This document shows positions 18,492-25,418 of a stretch of DNA of 64,000 bases, one piece after another. A model generated the notes under the pieces. That model ran no database searches. It saw only the letters and a program-made list of their open reading frames with translations, and had not been told where the DNA came from. Source of the stretch: an uncultured Alphaproteobacteria bacterium. GTDB taxonomy: Bacteria > Pseudomonadota > Alphaproteobacteria > RF32 > CAG-239. The stretch spans positions 2,214 to 66,213 of the forward strand of contig CALXRS010000007.1 of NCBI GenBank assembly GCA_944390915.1, written 5' to 3'. The position numbers were made by a program, and so were the translations under genes. How positions within the stretch are numbered: the stretch's first letter is position 1; each line of letters begins with the position of its first letter.

Positions 18492-19214
18492 ATGAGTGAA
18501 AGACTGGCCAAATTCATCGCCCGTTCGGGCGTTTGTTCCCGCCGCGCGGCCGAAGAGCTGATTCTGCAAAAAAGGATAACCGTCAACGGCGAAATTGTCG
18601 ACAAACCGGCGTTTAACGTCGACGGCAGCGAAAAGATTCTGCTCGACGGCGAAAAACTGCCCGCCGTTGAAACCACCCGCCTGTGGCTTTATTACAAACC
18701 GGTCGGACTGGTTACCACGCACAAAGACACCAACGGTCGACCGACGGTTTTTGAAAATCTGCCGGAAGGTCTGCCGCGGGTTATTTCCGTCGGACGGCTC
18801 GACCTCAACTCCGAAGGGCTGCTGTTGCTGACCAACAACGGCGAACTTTCGCGCATGCTCGAACTGCCGCAAAACGGTTGGAGCCGACGCTACAAAGTTA
18901 AGGTACACGGTCTTGTCCGCCGCGATAGGCTCGATTCGCTTGCCGCCGGCGTTACCATCGACGGCGTGGCTTACGGACCGGTCAAAATCGTCATGGGCGA
19001 AAGTCAGGGCACCAACAGCTGGCTGACCGTTACCCTGCAGGAGGGCAAAAACCGCGAGATCCGCCGGCTGATGAAATTTGTCGGACTGGAGGTGGCGCGG
19101 CTGATACGCCTGTCCTACGGTCCCTTCCAGCTGGGCGCCATGAAAAAAGGCGAAGTAAAAGAAGTGCCGCTCAAAACCTTAAAAGAACAACTGGGAGAAA
19201 AGTTTCCGCTATGA
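18492..19214 (+). CDS. Pseudouridine synthase, RsuA/RluB family (S4 domain + catalytic domain)
   Basis: MSERLAKFIARSGVCSRRAAEELI is the S4 domain. ..VISVGRLDLNSEGLLLLTNNGEL.. carries the catalytic Asp motif. ..GKNREIRR.. is also present. Confidence 0.9.
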   Translation: MSERLAKFIARSGVCSRRAAEELILQKRITVNGEIVDKPAFNVDGSEKILLDGEKLPAVETTRLWLYYKPVGLVTTHKDTNGRPTVFENLPEGLPRVISVGRLDLNSEGLLLLTNNGELSRMLELPQNGWSRRYKVKVHGLVRRDRLDSLAAGVTIDGVAYGPVKIVMGESQGTNSWLTVTLQEGKNREIRRLMKFVGLEVARLIRLSYGPFQLGAMKKGEVKEVPLKTLKEQLGEKFPL

Positions 19215-19762
19215 GAATCATCGGCGGCCTCTACCGCGGCAAAAAGCTGCTCTCCCCGCGCTCGGGCAACATCCGTCCGACGGCCGACAAAGCGCGGGAA
19301 GCGGTGTTTAACATTTTATATTCCAAACTTTCCCGCCCCTGGGAAGAACTGACGCTGGCCGATATTTTTGCCGGCAGCGGCGCCTTTGCGCTGGAGGCTC
19401 TTTCCCGCGGCGCCAAACAGGTGACGATGGTCGACATCGACTTGACCGACGCCGCCCGCAACGCGGCTCTGTTTGCCGACGAAAAACACAAAATACGCCT
19501 GCTTAAGGCCGACGCAACCGGCCTGCCCGCCGCTTTGGGGCAATTTGACATTGTGTTTCTCGACGCTCCCTACAACAAAGGATTAAGCGAAAAAGCCCTG
19601 ACCTCTCTCCTGCGGCAAAACTGGCTTGCTCCCGATTCGCTGGTGGTGGTTGAGCTTGAGCGCAACGAAAAAATCGCTCTGCCGGAAGAACTGACGCCGA
19701 TCGATGAGCGCGCTTACGGCATAGCCCGTTTTTTGTTTTTGACACCGCGCAAATCCGCTTGA
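19211..19762 (+). CDS. rsmD: 16S rRNA (guanine966-N2)-methyltransferase RsmD
   Basis: MRIIGGLYRGKKLLSPRSGNIRPTADKAREAVFNIL.., ..DIFAGSGAFALEALSRGA.. and ..VFLDAPY. Overlaps the preceding gene by 4 nt. Confidence 0.9.
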   Translation: MRIIGGLYRGKKLLSPRSGNIRPTADKAREAVFNILYSKLSRPWEELTLADIFAGSGAFALEALSRGAKQVTMVDIDLTDAARNAALFADEKHKIRLLKADATGLPAALGQFDIVFLDAPYNKGLSEKALTSLLRQNWLAPDSLVVVELERNEKIALPEELTPIDERAYGIARFLFLTPRKSA

Positions 19763-19817
19763 CTTTTGTCCAATTTTTCGCTAACATGACTGGCAGGTTT
19801 TATTAATTATTTTTACT

Positions 19818-20213
19818 ATGACAATTTCTGTTTTAAGTATGGCACAGGCAGTTGTTTCTTTTGCCTGGTGGACATGTGTCGTAATCGTTGCCGTAATGAT
19901 TTTGTTAACCGTTGCCGCAAACGTTTCTCGTTGTTACGACAAAAAAGATTTCTGGCCGCGTGAAGCTCTGCGGATAACCGTTCTGGGAAAAGCCAAGCAA
20001 TGGTTCCACATGGCTCTGCTACTGACCAACATCTGCTGCGCTCTGTGGCTTGTCGGCTGTTATGGGTGGACATGGTGGACTTTTGCTCTGACGGTCATCA
20101 CTTTCCCGCTTTCGGGCATTATTCTGACCTGGTTGACGCGTTTTATGTGCGTTCTGACCTGGCTGGTTGCCAAGGGAGTGGAAAAATACCTGCGGATTTT
20201 CCGCTGGTTTTAG
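19818..20213 (+). CDS. Trp-rich integral membrane protein (4 predicted TM), unknown function
   Basis: 131 aa with hydrophobic segments throughout. Followed by the strong bidirectional terminator at 20239-20273. Confidence 0.5.
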   Translation: MTISVLSMAQAVVSFAWWTCVVIVAVMILLTVAANVSRCYDKKDFWPREALRITVLGKAKQWFHMALLLTNICCALWLVGCYGWTWWTFALTVITFPLSGIILTWLTRFMCVLTWLVAKGVEKYLRIFRWF

Positions 20214-20238
20214 TATATTTTCAGCAGCCTGAAAAATA

Positions 20239-20273
20239 CAAAAAAACCTGTTTCTCAAGAAACAGGTTTTTTT
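20239..20273. terminator. Bidirectional intrinsic terminator
   Basis: aaacctgtttc-tcaa-gaaacaggttt hairpin flanked by an A-run and a T-run, between convergent genes. Confidence 0.8.
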
Positions 20274-20295
20274 GTTGATACATACCGACCGCCGT

Positions 20296-21075
20296 TTACG
20301 CTGCCTTGTCATTTTCTTCGTTTTTGGCCAGATTAACCGCCGTATAAGGATAATGCTCGAGCGTTTCCGCATTCAGTTCGGCACATTTGGCCTCAATCTT
20401 ATTCTGCAATTCGGCCGTAAAAGCGTTTTTGTCGCCGTCGGGCATCATCGGCTCCATAAATTCGATAATCACTTTACCGGGAAAATGGTGCGTGGAATGA
20501 CGCGGCCAGAACATCCCGGTATTGTGCGCCACCGGAATAACCGGCAATTTGAGGTTTTGCGCCAAAAACAAAAAACCCGGCTTATATTTTTGAGTCGTCC
20601 CCGGTTTCATCCGGTGGCCTTCGGGGAAGATGATAATCGGCCGGTTTTGTTCCACCCGCTTTTTGGCCGCGGCCAGCATGTTTTTCATGGCTCTGGCGCC
20701 GGCCGAACGGTCGACGGGTATCAGCCCGTAAAGCCACTGAGCCCAGCCGAAAAAGGGAATATAGGTCAGCTCTTTTTTCAAAATCATCACGCCGCGGGTT
20801 ACCAAAGTGGTCATGGTGTAAGTTTCCAGCGCCGATTCGTGCTTGCAGGCATAGAGCGCGCGCTCCTGGTTGAGATATTGGCGGCCGCGCACCTCAATGC
20901 TTATGCCCCCCAGGGTTTTCAAGCCCCACAGGGCGATATGCAGCTGAAAACGGTTCCAATAGGCAACCACCCATTTTTGCGGCACAAACCAGCCGAAAAT
21001 ACAGGTCACGATTACCCCGAAAGCAATAAAGAAATAAATCCACAACGTGCCGAGCCACGAACGTATAAAAAACAT
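20296..21075 (-). CDS. plsC: 1-acyl-sn-glycerol-3-phosphate acyltransferase
   Basis: Acyltransferase motifs ..YACKHESALETYT.. (the HxxxxD/E block) and ..IIFPEGHR.. Confidence 0.85.
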   Translation of the reverse strand: MFFIRSWLGTLWIYFFIAFGVIVTCIFGWFVPQKWVVAYWNRFQLHIALWGLKTLGGISIEVRGRQYLNQERALYACKHESALETYTMTTLVTRGVMILKKELTYIPFFGWAQWLYGLIPVDRSAGARAMKNMLAAAKKRVEQNRPIIIFPEGHRMKPGTTQKYKPGFLFLAQNLKLPVIPVAHNTGMFWPRHSTHHFPGKVIIEFMEPMMPDGDKNAFTAELQNKIEAKCAELNAETLEHYPYTAVNLAKNEENDKAA

Positions 21076-21076
21076 G

Positions 21077-21664
21077 TCAGTCCTCCGTTAGTTTGCCGAT
21101 TCGGTTTTTAAGCCACACATACAGAAATTTGTTGTATTCGCCGGCAATCAGAAAAAAGCTCCGCCAGTTTTTCCACCAGCGGACAGCCACTTTTTCGGAA
21201 TAAACCGGATGCGCCAGAATAATCAGATCGCCGTTGTTGGCGCGAAACTCCGCCATGCTGCGCGGCAGGTGATAATTGGACGTTACCAACCGGATGGAGC
21301 GGATTTTGTTTTTTCTGACCCAGGCGGCGGCTTCAATGGCGTTTTCCACCGTGTTGGTGGAATTTTCTTCAAGCGTTATTTCCCGATCGGTCGTAATGTT
21401 AATGTCTTTCCTTTTTTTCAAAGTATTAAGCGATGTTCCCTTGGACACGCCGGAAATCAGCAGCTGCCGCGCCAACCCGTCGTTCAGCAGGCGCACGGCT
21501 TCGCCGATTCGGTTGCGGCCGCCGGTCAACACCACGATGGCGTCGGTTTTGACCGTTTCGTCCGCCCGCAAACGGTTGATGCAATAGCCGAAGCCCATCA
21601 GCCCGCCCAACCAGCAGCAAAAAGCGACCCCCCCGGCATAAACCAATATTTTTTTAGTCATCAC
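21077..21664 (-). CDS. DUF218 (YdcF/SanA-like) membrane-anchored protein
   Basis: N-terminal TM segment, then ..DAIVVLTGGRNRIGEAVRLL....LLISGV....NTVENA..LVTSNYHLPR.. Confidence 0.75.
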   Translation of the reverse strand: MMTKKILVYAGGVAFCCWLGGLMGFGYCINRLRADETVKTDAIVVLTGGRNRIGEAVRLLNDGLARQLLISGVSKGTSLNTLKKRKDINITTDREITLEENSTNTVENAIEAAAWVRKNKIRSIRLVTSNYHLPRSMAEFRANNGDLIILAHPVYSEKVAVRWWKNWRSFFLIAGEYNKFLYVWLKNRIGKLTED

Positions 21665-22572
21665 ATCATCTTTTCCAAAGTTCTTTTAACCGTATAATAG
21701 GCCGTCTGCATGGCCACCAGCATGGAAAACAGCGGCAGGCTGAGAATGGCGACCCACGCCCCCCAGGAAAGACGCGCCTCGTTGATGATGCCGCCTTCTA
21801 TCTGCTGCGCCAGATGGGCTATGACAAAAATGGTCGGCACGGCGCAGGCCACGCCGATAACCCCGCCGATAAAACCGAGCACGGACGTTTTGGCGGCGTA
21901 TTGCTGGGCAATATAGGTATCTTTGGCGCCCAGCAGATGGAGAATCTCGATAATGTCTTTATGCAGACCGAGGCTGGTCTGAGTAGAATAAAAAATGGCG
22001 CCCGAGGTCACCCCTATCACCAGCACCAAAACGCTCAACGCCAGCATTTTTAAGCCGTTGGCAAAATTAATCAGTTTGTTTAACCACAGTTTGTGGTTGT
22101 CAAGCGAGGCTTGCGGCGCCACGGCCGCCAGCTTTTCCGCCAGCGCCAGAAAATTGACTTCCGCTCCTTTTTTGAGTTTAACGTCTATCAGCCGCGGCAT
22201 CGGCAGGTTGCTCAAATCGACGTCATCGCCGAGCCATGGTTTCAGCAGGCGTTCCAGCTGTCCGTCGTTCAGAGGCGTAACCTTTTGCACCTCGGGCATG
22301 GCCTCGAGCATGGCCACGGCTTTTTCCTGCTGTACCAGAGTTTCGTTTTTGGCTTTCAGCTTATCGACGCCGTTAACGGGAATAATCTGCACGGTCAGCG
22401 AACCGAGAATGCTGGCGTTCCAGTTGACCAGCATGGAGTTGATGGAAAGTACGCCGGAAAGCGTAACCGCAAACAAAAACACGGCAATGGAAATCATCAC
22501 CTTGAGAAACAGGTTGGACGAGTCCTTGGAGAGCGGCAGCTCCCGATGGCGCATGTTGCTATATTTCTGCAT
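21661..22572 (-). CDS. ftsX: Cell division ABC transporter permease FtsX
   Basis: 303 aa with four-TM FtsX topology and a periplasmic loop. Overlaps ftsE by 14 nt. Confidence 0.85.
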   Translation of the reverse strand: MQKYSNMRHRELPLSKDSSNLFLKVMISIAVFLFAVTLSGVLSINSMLVNWNASILGSLTVQIIPVNGVDKLKAKNETLVQQEKAVAMLEAMPEVQKVTPLNDGQLERLLKPWLGDDVDLSNLPMPRLIDVKLKKGAEVNFLALAEKLAAVAPQASLDNHKLWLNKLINFANGLKMLALSVLVLVIGVTSGAIFYSTQTSLGLHKDIIEILHLLGAKDTYIAQQYAAKTSVLGFIGGVIGVACAVPTIFVIAHLAQQIEGGIINEARLSWGAWVAILSLPLFSMLVAMQTAYYTVKRTLEKMM

Positions 22573-23263
22573 ATTCGTCTCCGTCTTCGGGATTGATAAT
22601 CGTGACGCCGTGGTTTTTAAGGTGGATGCACGGATAGCAAAACTCTTTAATCAGGTTTTCGTTGTGAGTGGCAATCACCACGGTGGTGCCGAGCTTGTTG
22701 AGTTCGACAAACAGCTTCATCAACTTCGGAGCAATATCGTTGTCCACATTGCCGGTCGGTTCGTCGGCCAGCAACACGTCCGGCCGGTTGATAACCGCGC
22801 GGGCAATGGCCACGCGCTGCTTTTCGCCGCCGGAAAGCGTAGAGGTTATGGCTGTCGGGCTGCGGTCTATTTCCACCCATTTCAACAGTTCGTTCACTCT
22901 TTTACGGATTTCTTTTTCGTTCATCCCGCACACACGCAGCGGCAAAGCCACGTTGTCAAAAGCCGACGAATGTTCAAGCAGGCGGAAGTCCTGAAAAACA
23001 ACCCCGATTCGCCGGCGGAACATGGCCAAAGCATTGCGGTTGGCAAAGTTAACGTTGTTGCCGAACACGCTGACCGTGCCCTTGCTCGGTTTCTGCGCCA
23101 AATACATCATGCTCAACAGCGAGGTTTTGCCGGCGCCGCTTTTGCCGGTCAGGTAATGGAACGACCCTTTTTCCAGAGAAAGGTTGACATTGCTCAGAAT
23201 TTCCGGCCCGCGGCCATAGCGGATACAGACGTTTTCCATGCGGATAATCGGCGTTTTGCTCAT
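22559..23263 (-). CDS. ftsE: Cell division ABC transporter ATPase FtsE
   Basis: From the ATG at 23263 (AAGGAG RBS): MSKTPIIRMENVCIRYG.. Walker A GKSGAGKTSLL, signature LSGGEKQRVAIARA, Walker B VLLADEPTG. The longer form in the track (to 23416) was rejected. Confidence 0.92.
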   Translation of the reverse strand: MSKTPIIRMENVCIRYGRGPEILSNVNLSLEKGSFHYLTGKSGAGKTSLLSMMYLAQKPSKGTVSVFGNNVNFANRNALAMFRRRIGVVFQDFRLLEHSSAFDNVALPLRVCGMNEKEIRKRVNELLKWVEIDRSPTAITSTLSGGEKQRVAIARAVINRPDVLLADEPTGNVDNDIAPKLMKLFVELNKLGTTVVIATHNENLIKEFCYPCIHLKNHGVTIINPEDGDEYAEI

Positions 23264-23384
23264 TTGCAGCGAATACTCCTTGGTTTTTGAATAACAACAT
23301 ACTATAATAATATTCTCTTTAAGAAAATCTTTTTTTCCGGCAAAAAAAGAGATTTTTACATCAAAGCCTGTTTCGGGAGAAAAA

Positions 23385-24113
23385 ATGCTTATAAAATGTC
23401 CTTTGTGCCACACCACATATCAGCTTGAAGGCTCCGTGCCGACCGGCCGGCACCTGCGTTGCGGCAAATGCGGACATTTGTGGTCGGTTCAAAACAGCCC
23501 TGCCCCGTCCTTCGCGCCGACGCCGAAAAATCTGCTCTCGGTGGCGGCGGCCGCCCGTCTCATCGAACCGGCCCAAAAAAATCAACCGGCGGAAAAGAAG
23601 CCCGTTTCCGTTTGCCGACCGGCCGTCTTTCCAACGACAAAACCGGTTGTTGCTCGGGTAACAAAAAACAAAAAAAATCTTTTGCCGCTGCCGGCAACCC
23701 GATATTTTCTTTGCGCGACGGCCGCGGCTCTGGTAACAGGCGGGGTTTGGCTGCTGCGCGAACCGATAGCCCAAACCATGCGCCAGGGCGCGGAAATATA
23801 CCGGCAGTTTGACGCTGCCTTTCAACCTCTTTCCCCTTTGCCGAAAATCAGCAGTCTGGCGTGGAACTACGACAACGACAGCCCGCTGCCGATAATCCGC
23901 CTGCAAGGAAAAATCACCAACCCGTCGGCCGAGTTGCTGAGCATTCCGACATTAAAAATCCGCCTGCTCGGCAGTCGCGGCAGCCTGCTGAAAGAAAACA
24001 CCCTGTTGCCCGCCCGCGGCGTGCTCACGCCGTACAGCTCGGTTAATTTTGAAATCGACATCGACGCTCCGACGGAAACCGTCAAACAGGTTTACGCCTA
24101 TTTTGCCGAATAA
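23385..24113 (+). CDS. MJ0042-type zinc-ribbon protein with TM segment and DUF3426-like C-terminal domain
   Basis: MLIKCPLCHTTYQLEGSVPTGRHLRCGKCGHLWSV contains CxxC...CxxC. A central hydrophobic segment FLCATAAALVTGGVWLL follows. Confidence 0.75.
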   Translation: MLIKCPLCHTTYQLEGSVPTGRHLRCGKCGHLWSVQNSPAPSFAPTPKNLLSVAAAARLIEPAQKNQPAEKKPVSVCRPAVFPTTKPVVARVTKNKKNLLPLPATRYFLCATAAALVTGGVWLLREPIAQTMRQGAEIYRQFDAAFQPLSPLPKISSLAWNYDNDSPLPIIRLQGKITNPSAELLSIPTLKIRLLGSRGSLLKENTLLPARGVLTPYSSVNFEIDIDAPTETVKQVYAYFAE

Positions 24114-24148
24114 ATTTTTCTTTTTCCCGTTCAGGCAAATTTTTAAGC

Positions 24149-24177
24149 TTGCCAATTTCCGGCACTTTCTTTAATAT
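24149..24177 (+). promoter_or_regulatory. Sigma70-like promoter of RNA unit 1
   Basis: TTGCCA (24149-24154), 17-nt spacer, TAATAT (24172-24177). Confidence 0.6.
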
Positions 24178-24184
24178 CTGTCCT

Positions 24185-24346
24185 GCATCCGGGAGACCGG
24201 GTGCGGTGTCTAACAAACATCTTCAACGTAAAAAAACATCCTTCCTCGGAAGGAGTGCCGGTAATATATTGAATAACGGCGACTGTATACGTTGACAGTT
24301 TGTTAGCTCCTTCCGCCTGCAGGCTTTTGCCGGGCGGTTTTGTTTT
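24185..24346 (+). ncRNA. Structured RNA, tandem unit 1 (unclassified family)
   Basis: 5' hairpin gcatccgg-GAGA-ccgggtgc (24185-24204). Outer helix ctaacaaac (24210-24218) pairs with gtttgttag (24298-24306). Inner helix is tcaacg/cgttga, with hairpins tccttc-ctcg-gaagga and gccg-N16-cggc. Terminator ccgcc...ggcgg + TTTTGTTTT ends at 24346. Confidence 0.65.
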
Positions 24347-24394
24347 AACTACAGAGTAAAAAAAGAACAAAGGGAGGCGGACAACAGAAAGAGC

Positions 24395-24423
24395 TTGCCA
24401 ATTTCCGGCTCTTTCTTTAATAT
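24395..24423 (+). promoter_or_regulatory. Sigma70-like promoter of RNA unit 2
   Basis: TTGCCA (24395-24400), 17-nt spacer, TAATAT (24418-24423). Confidence 0.6.
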
Positions 24424-24430
24424 CTACCCT

Positions 24431-24587
24431 GCATCCGGGAGACCGGATGCGGTGTCTAACAAACATCTTCACTATAAAAAATCCTTCTCCGGAAGGAGTG
24501 CCGGTAATATGTTGAATAACGGCGACTGTATAGTGACAGTTTGTTAGCTCCTTCCGCCTGCAGGCTTTTGCCGGGCGGTTTTGTTTT
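24431..24587 (+). ncRNA. Structured RNA, tandem unit 2
   Basis: Same architecture as unit 1. The inner helix is tcacta/tagtga, three compensatory base-pair changes relative to unit 1. The terminator U-tract ends at 24587. Confidence 0.65.
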
Positions 24588-24637
24588 AACTACAGAGTAA
24601 AAAAACAGAATAAAGGGAGGCAGACAACAGAAAGAGC

Positions 24638-24666
24638 TTGCCAATTTCCGGCGCTTTCTTTAATAT
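24638..24666 (+). promoter_or_regulatory. Sigma70-like promoter of RNA unit 3
   Basis: TTGCCA (24638-24643), 17-nt spacer, TAATAT (24661-24666). Confidence 0.6.
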
Positions 24667-24673
24667 CTACCCT

Positions 24674-24829
24674 GCATCCGGGAGACCGGGTGCGGTGTCT
24701 AACAAACATCTCTCAAGAAAATAATCCTCTTTTGGGAGGAGTGCCGGTAATATGTTGAATAACGGCGACTGTTCTTGAGCAGTTTGTTAGCTCCTCCGCC
24801 TGCAGGCTTTTGCCGGGCGGTTTTGTTTT
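24674..24829 (+). ncRNA. Structured RNA, tandem unit 3
   Basis: Same architecture. The inner helix is ctcaagaa/ttcttgag (compensatory) and the hairpin is tcctc-ttttgg-gagga. The terminator U-tract ends at 24829. Confidence 0.65.
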
Positions 24830-24879
24830 AACTACAGCGTAAAAAAACAGAACAAAGGGAGACAGACAACAGAAAGAGC

Positions 24880-24908
24880 TTGCCAATTTCCGGCTCTTTC
24901 TTTAATAT
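24880..24908 (+). promoter_or_regulatory. Sigma70-like promoter of RNA unit 4
   Basis: TTGCCA (24880-24885), 17-nt spacer, TAATAT (24903-24908). Confidence 0.6.
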
Positions 24909-24915
24909 CTACCCT

Positions 24916-25097
24916 GCATCCGGGAGATCGGATGCGGAGTGTAGCAACTCCTTTCGAAGAATTTAATAAACAACTCCTTTCAGGGGAGCTGTTGATATAA
25001 GCATATTTTGAAAGAATATGACGAATAAAACAGACTGTTCTTCGACAGTTGCTAACTCCCCGCCTCGGAACCCTTTTCGGGCGGTTTTGTTTTTTTT
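24916..25097 (+). ncRNA. Structured RNA, divergent unit 4; may double as a 5' leader of the HTH gene
   Basis: Same 5' hairpin (gcatccgg-GAGA-tcggatgc). Outer helix tagcaac/gttgcta and inner helix tcgaagaa/ttcttcga both covary with units 1-3, but the interior differs. The terminator is ccgcc (25060-25064) / ggcgg (25080-25084) + TTTTGTTTTTTT, ending 35 nt before the HTH start codon. Confidence 0.55.
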
Positions 25098-25131
25098 GAA
25101 GACAAACAAAATAACAGGGGAGTTTCAAACT

Positions 25132-25356
25132 ATGTTTAACGATAAAATCAAAAGAATGATCGGCGAAGAGCTGCAAAAATACCGCAGCAGCCGCTTTTGG
25201 CAGCTGAAAACTCTGGCTGCCAGAACCGGCATCCCGTGGTATATTATCGACAATATGGAAATCGGCAGTGTGCGCCGATGGGAATATTACCGCCGCTTGC
25301 TCGATTTTTATGGCAAGGAAATCAAAATCGTGCTGGTTGACAGCAAAAAAGAATGA
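25132..25356 (+). CDS. Small XRE-family helix-turn-helix protein (74 aa)
   Basis: I prefer the ATG at 25132, 9 nt after GGGGAG (25117-25122). The track start at 25018 would read through the unit 4 terminator. MFNDKIKRMIGEELQKYRSSRFWQLKTLAARTGIPWYIIDNMEIGSVRRWEYYRRLL.. has HTH_XRE-like spacing. A terminator follows. Confidence 0.7.
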   Translation: MFNDKIKRMIGEELQKYRSSRFWQLKTLAARTGIPWYIIDNMEIGSVRRWEYYRRLLDFYGKEIKIVLVDSKKE

Positions 25357-25370
25357 CCAAAACGGAGAAA

Positions 25371-25393
25371 GGCGGCCTCAAACCGCCTTTTTT
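25371..25393 (+). terminator. Intrinsic terminator of the HTH gene
   Basis: ggcgg (25371-25375), loop cctcaaa, ccgcc (25383-25387), then T6. Confidence 0.7.
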
Positions 25394-25418
25394 ATATTCT
25401 GTACGCAAACACCGATCA

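Noticed and set aside
18431-18676. N-terminal 82-aa extension of tadA given by the track ORF.
   Set aside because: The extension is a Ser/Leu-rich low-complexity translation that overlaps the divergent rluB-like promoter and start region. Canonical TadA begins at MNPEDYMRAAL (ATG at 18430).
23264-23416. N-terminal 51-aa extension of ftsE given by the track ORF.
   Set aside because: The ATG at 23263 has an AAGGAG RBS and gives the canonical FtsE N-terminus. The extension overlaps the divergent zinc-ribbon gene start.
25018-25131. Upstream extension of the HTH ORF (track start at 25018).
   Set aside because: It would translate through the unit 4 helices and the intrinsic terminator. The ATG at 25132 has a well-spaced GGGGAG RBS.
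24143-25176. Minus-strand ORFs in the track (24143-24472, 24456-24644 and 24832-25176; 62-114 aa) covering RNA array 1.
   Set aside because: They are generated by the repeats, so near-identical peptide blocks recur. They run antisense through promoter, hairpin and terminator elements and have no RBS. The substitution pattern between units is compensatory for RNA helices rather than synonymous.
24149-25356. Type III toxin-antitoxin (RNA repeats + terminator + toxin) interpretation.
   Set aside because: The layout is superficially similar, but each repeat has its own promoter and terminator. The downstream protein is a 74-aa HTH, not a ToxN/AbiE-type endoribonuclease. I kept it only as an analogy.
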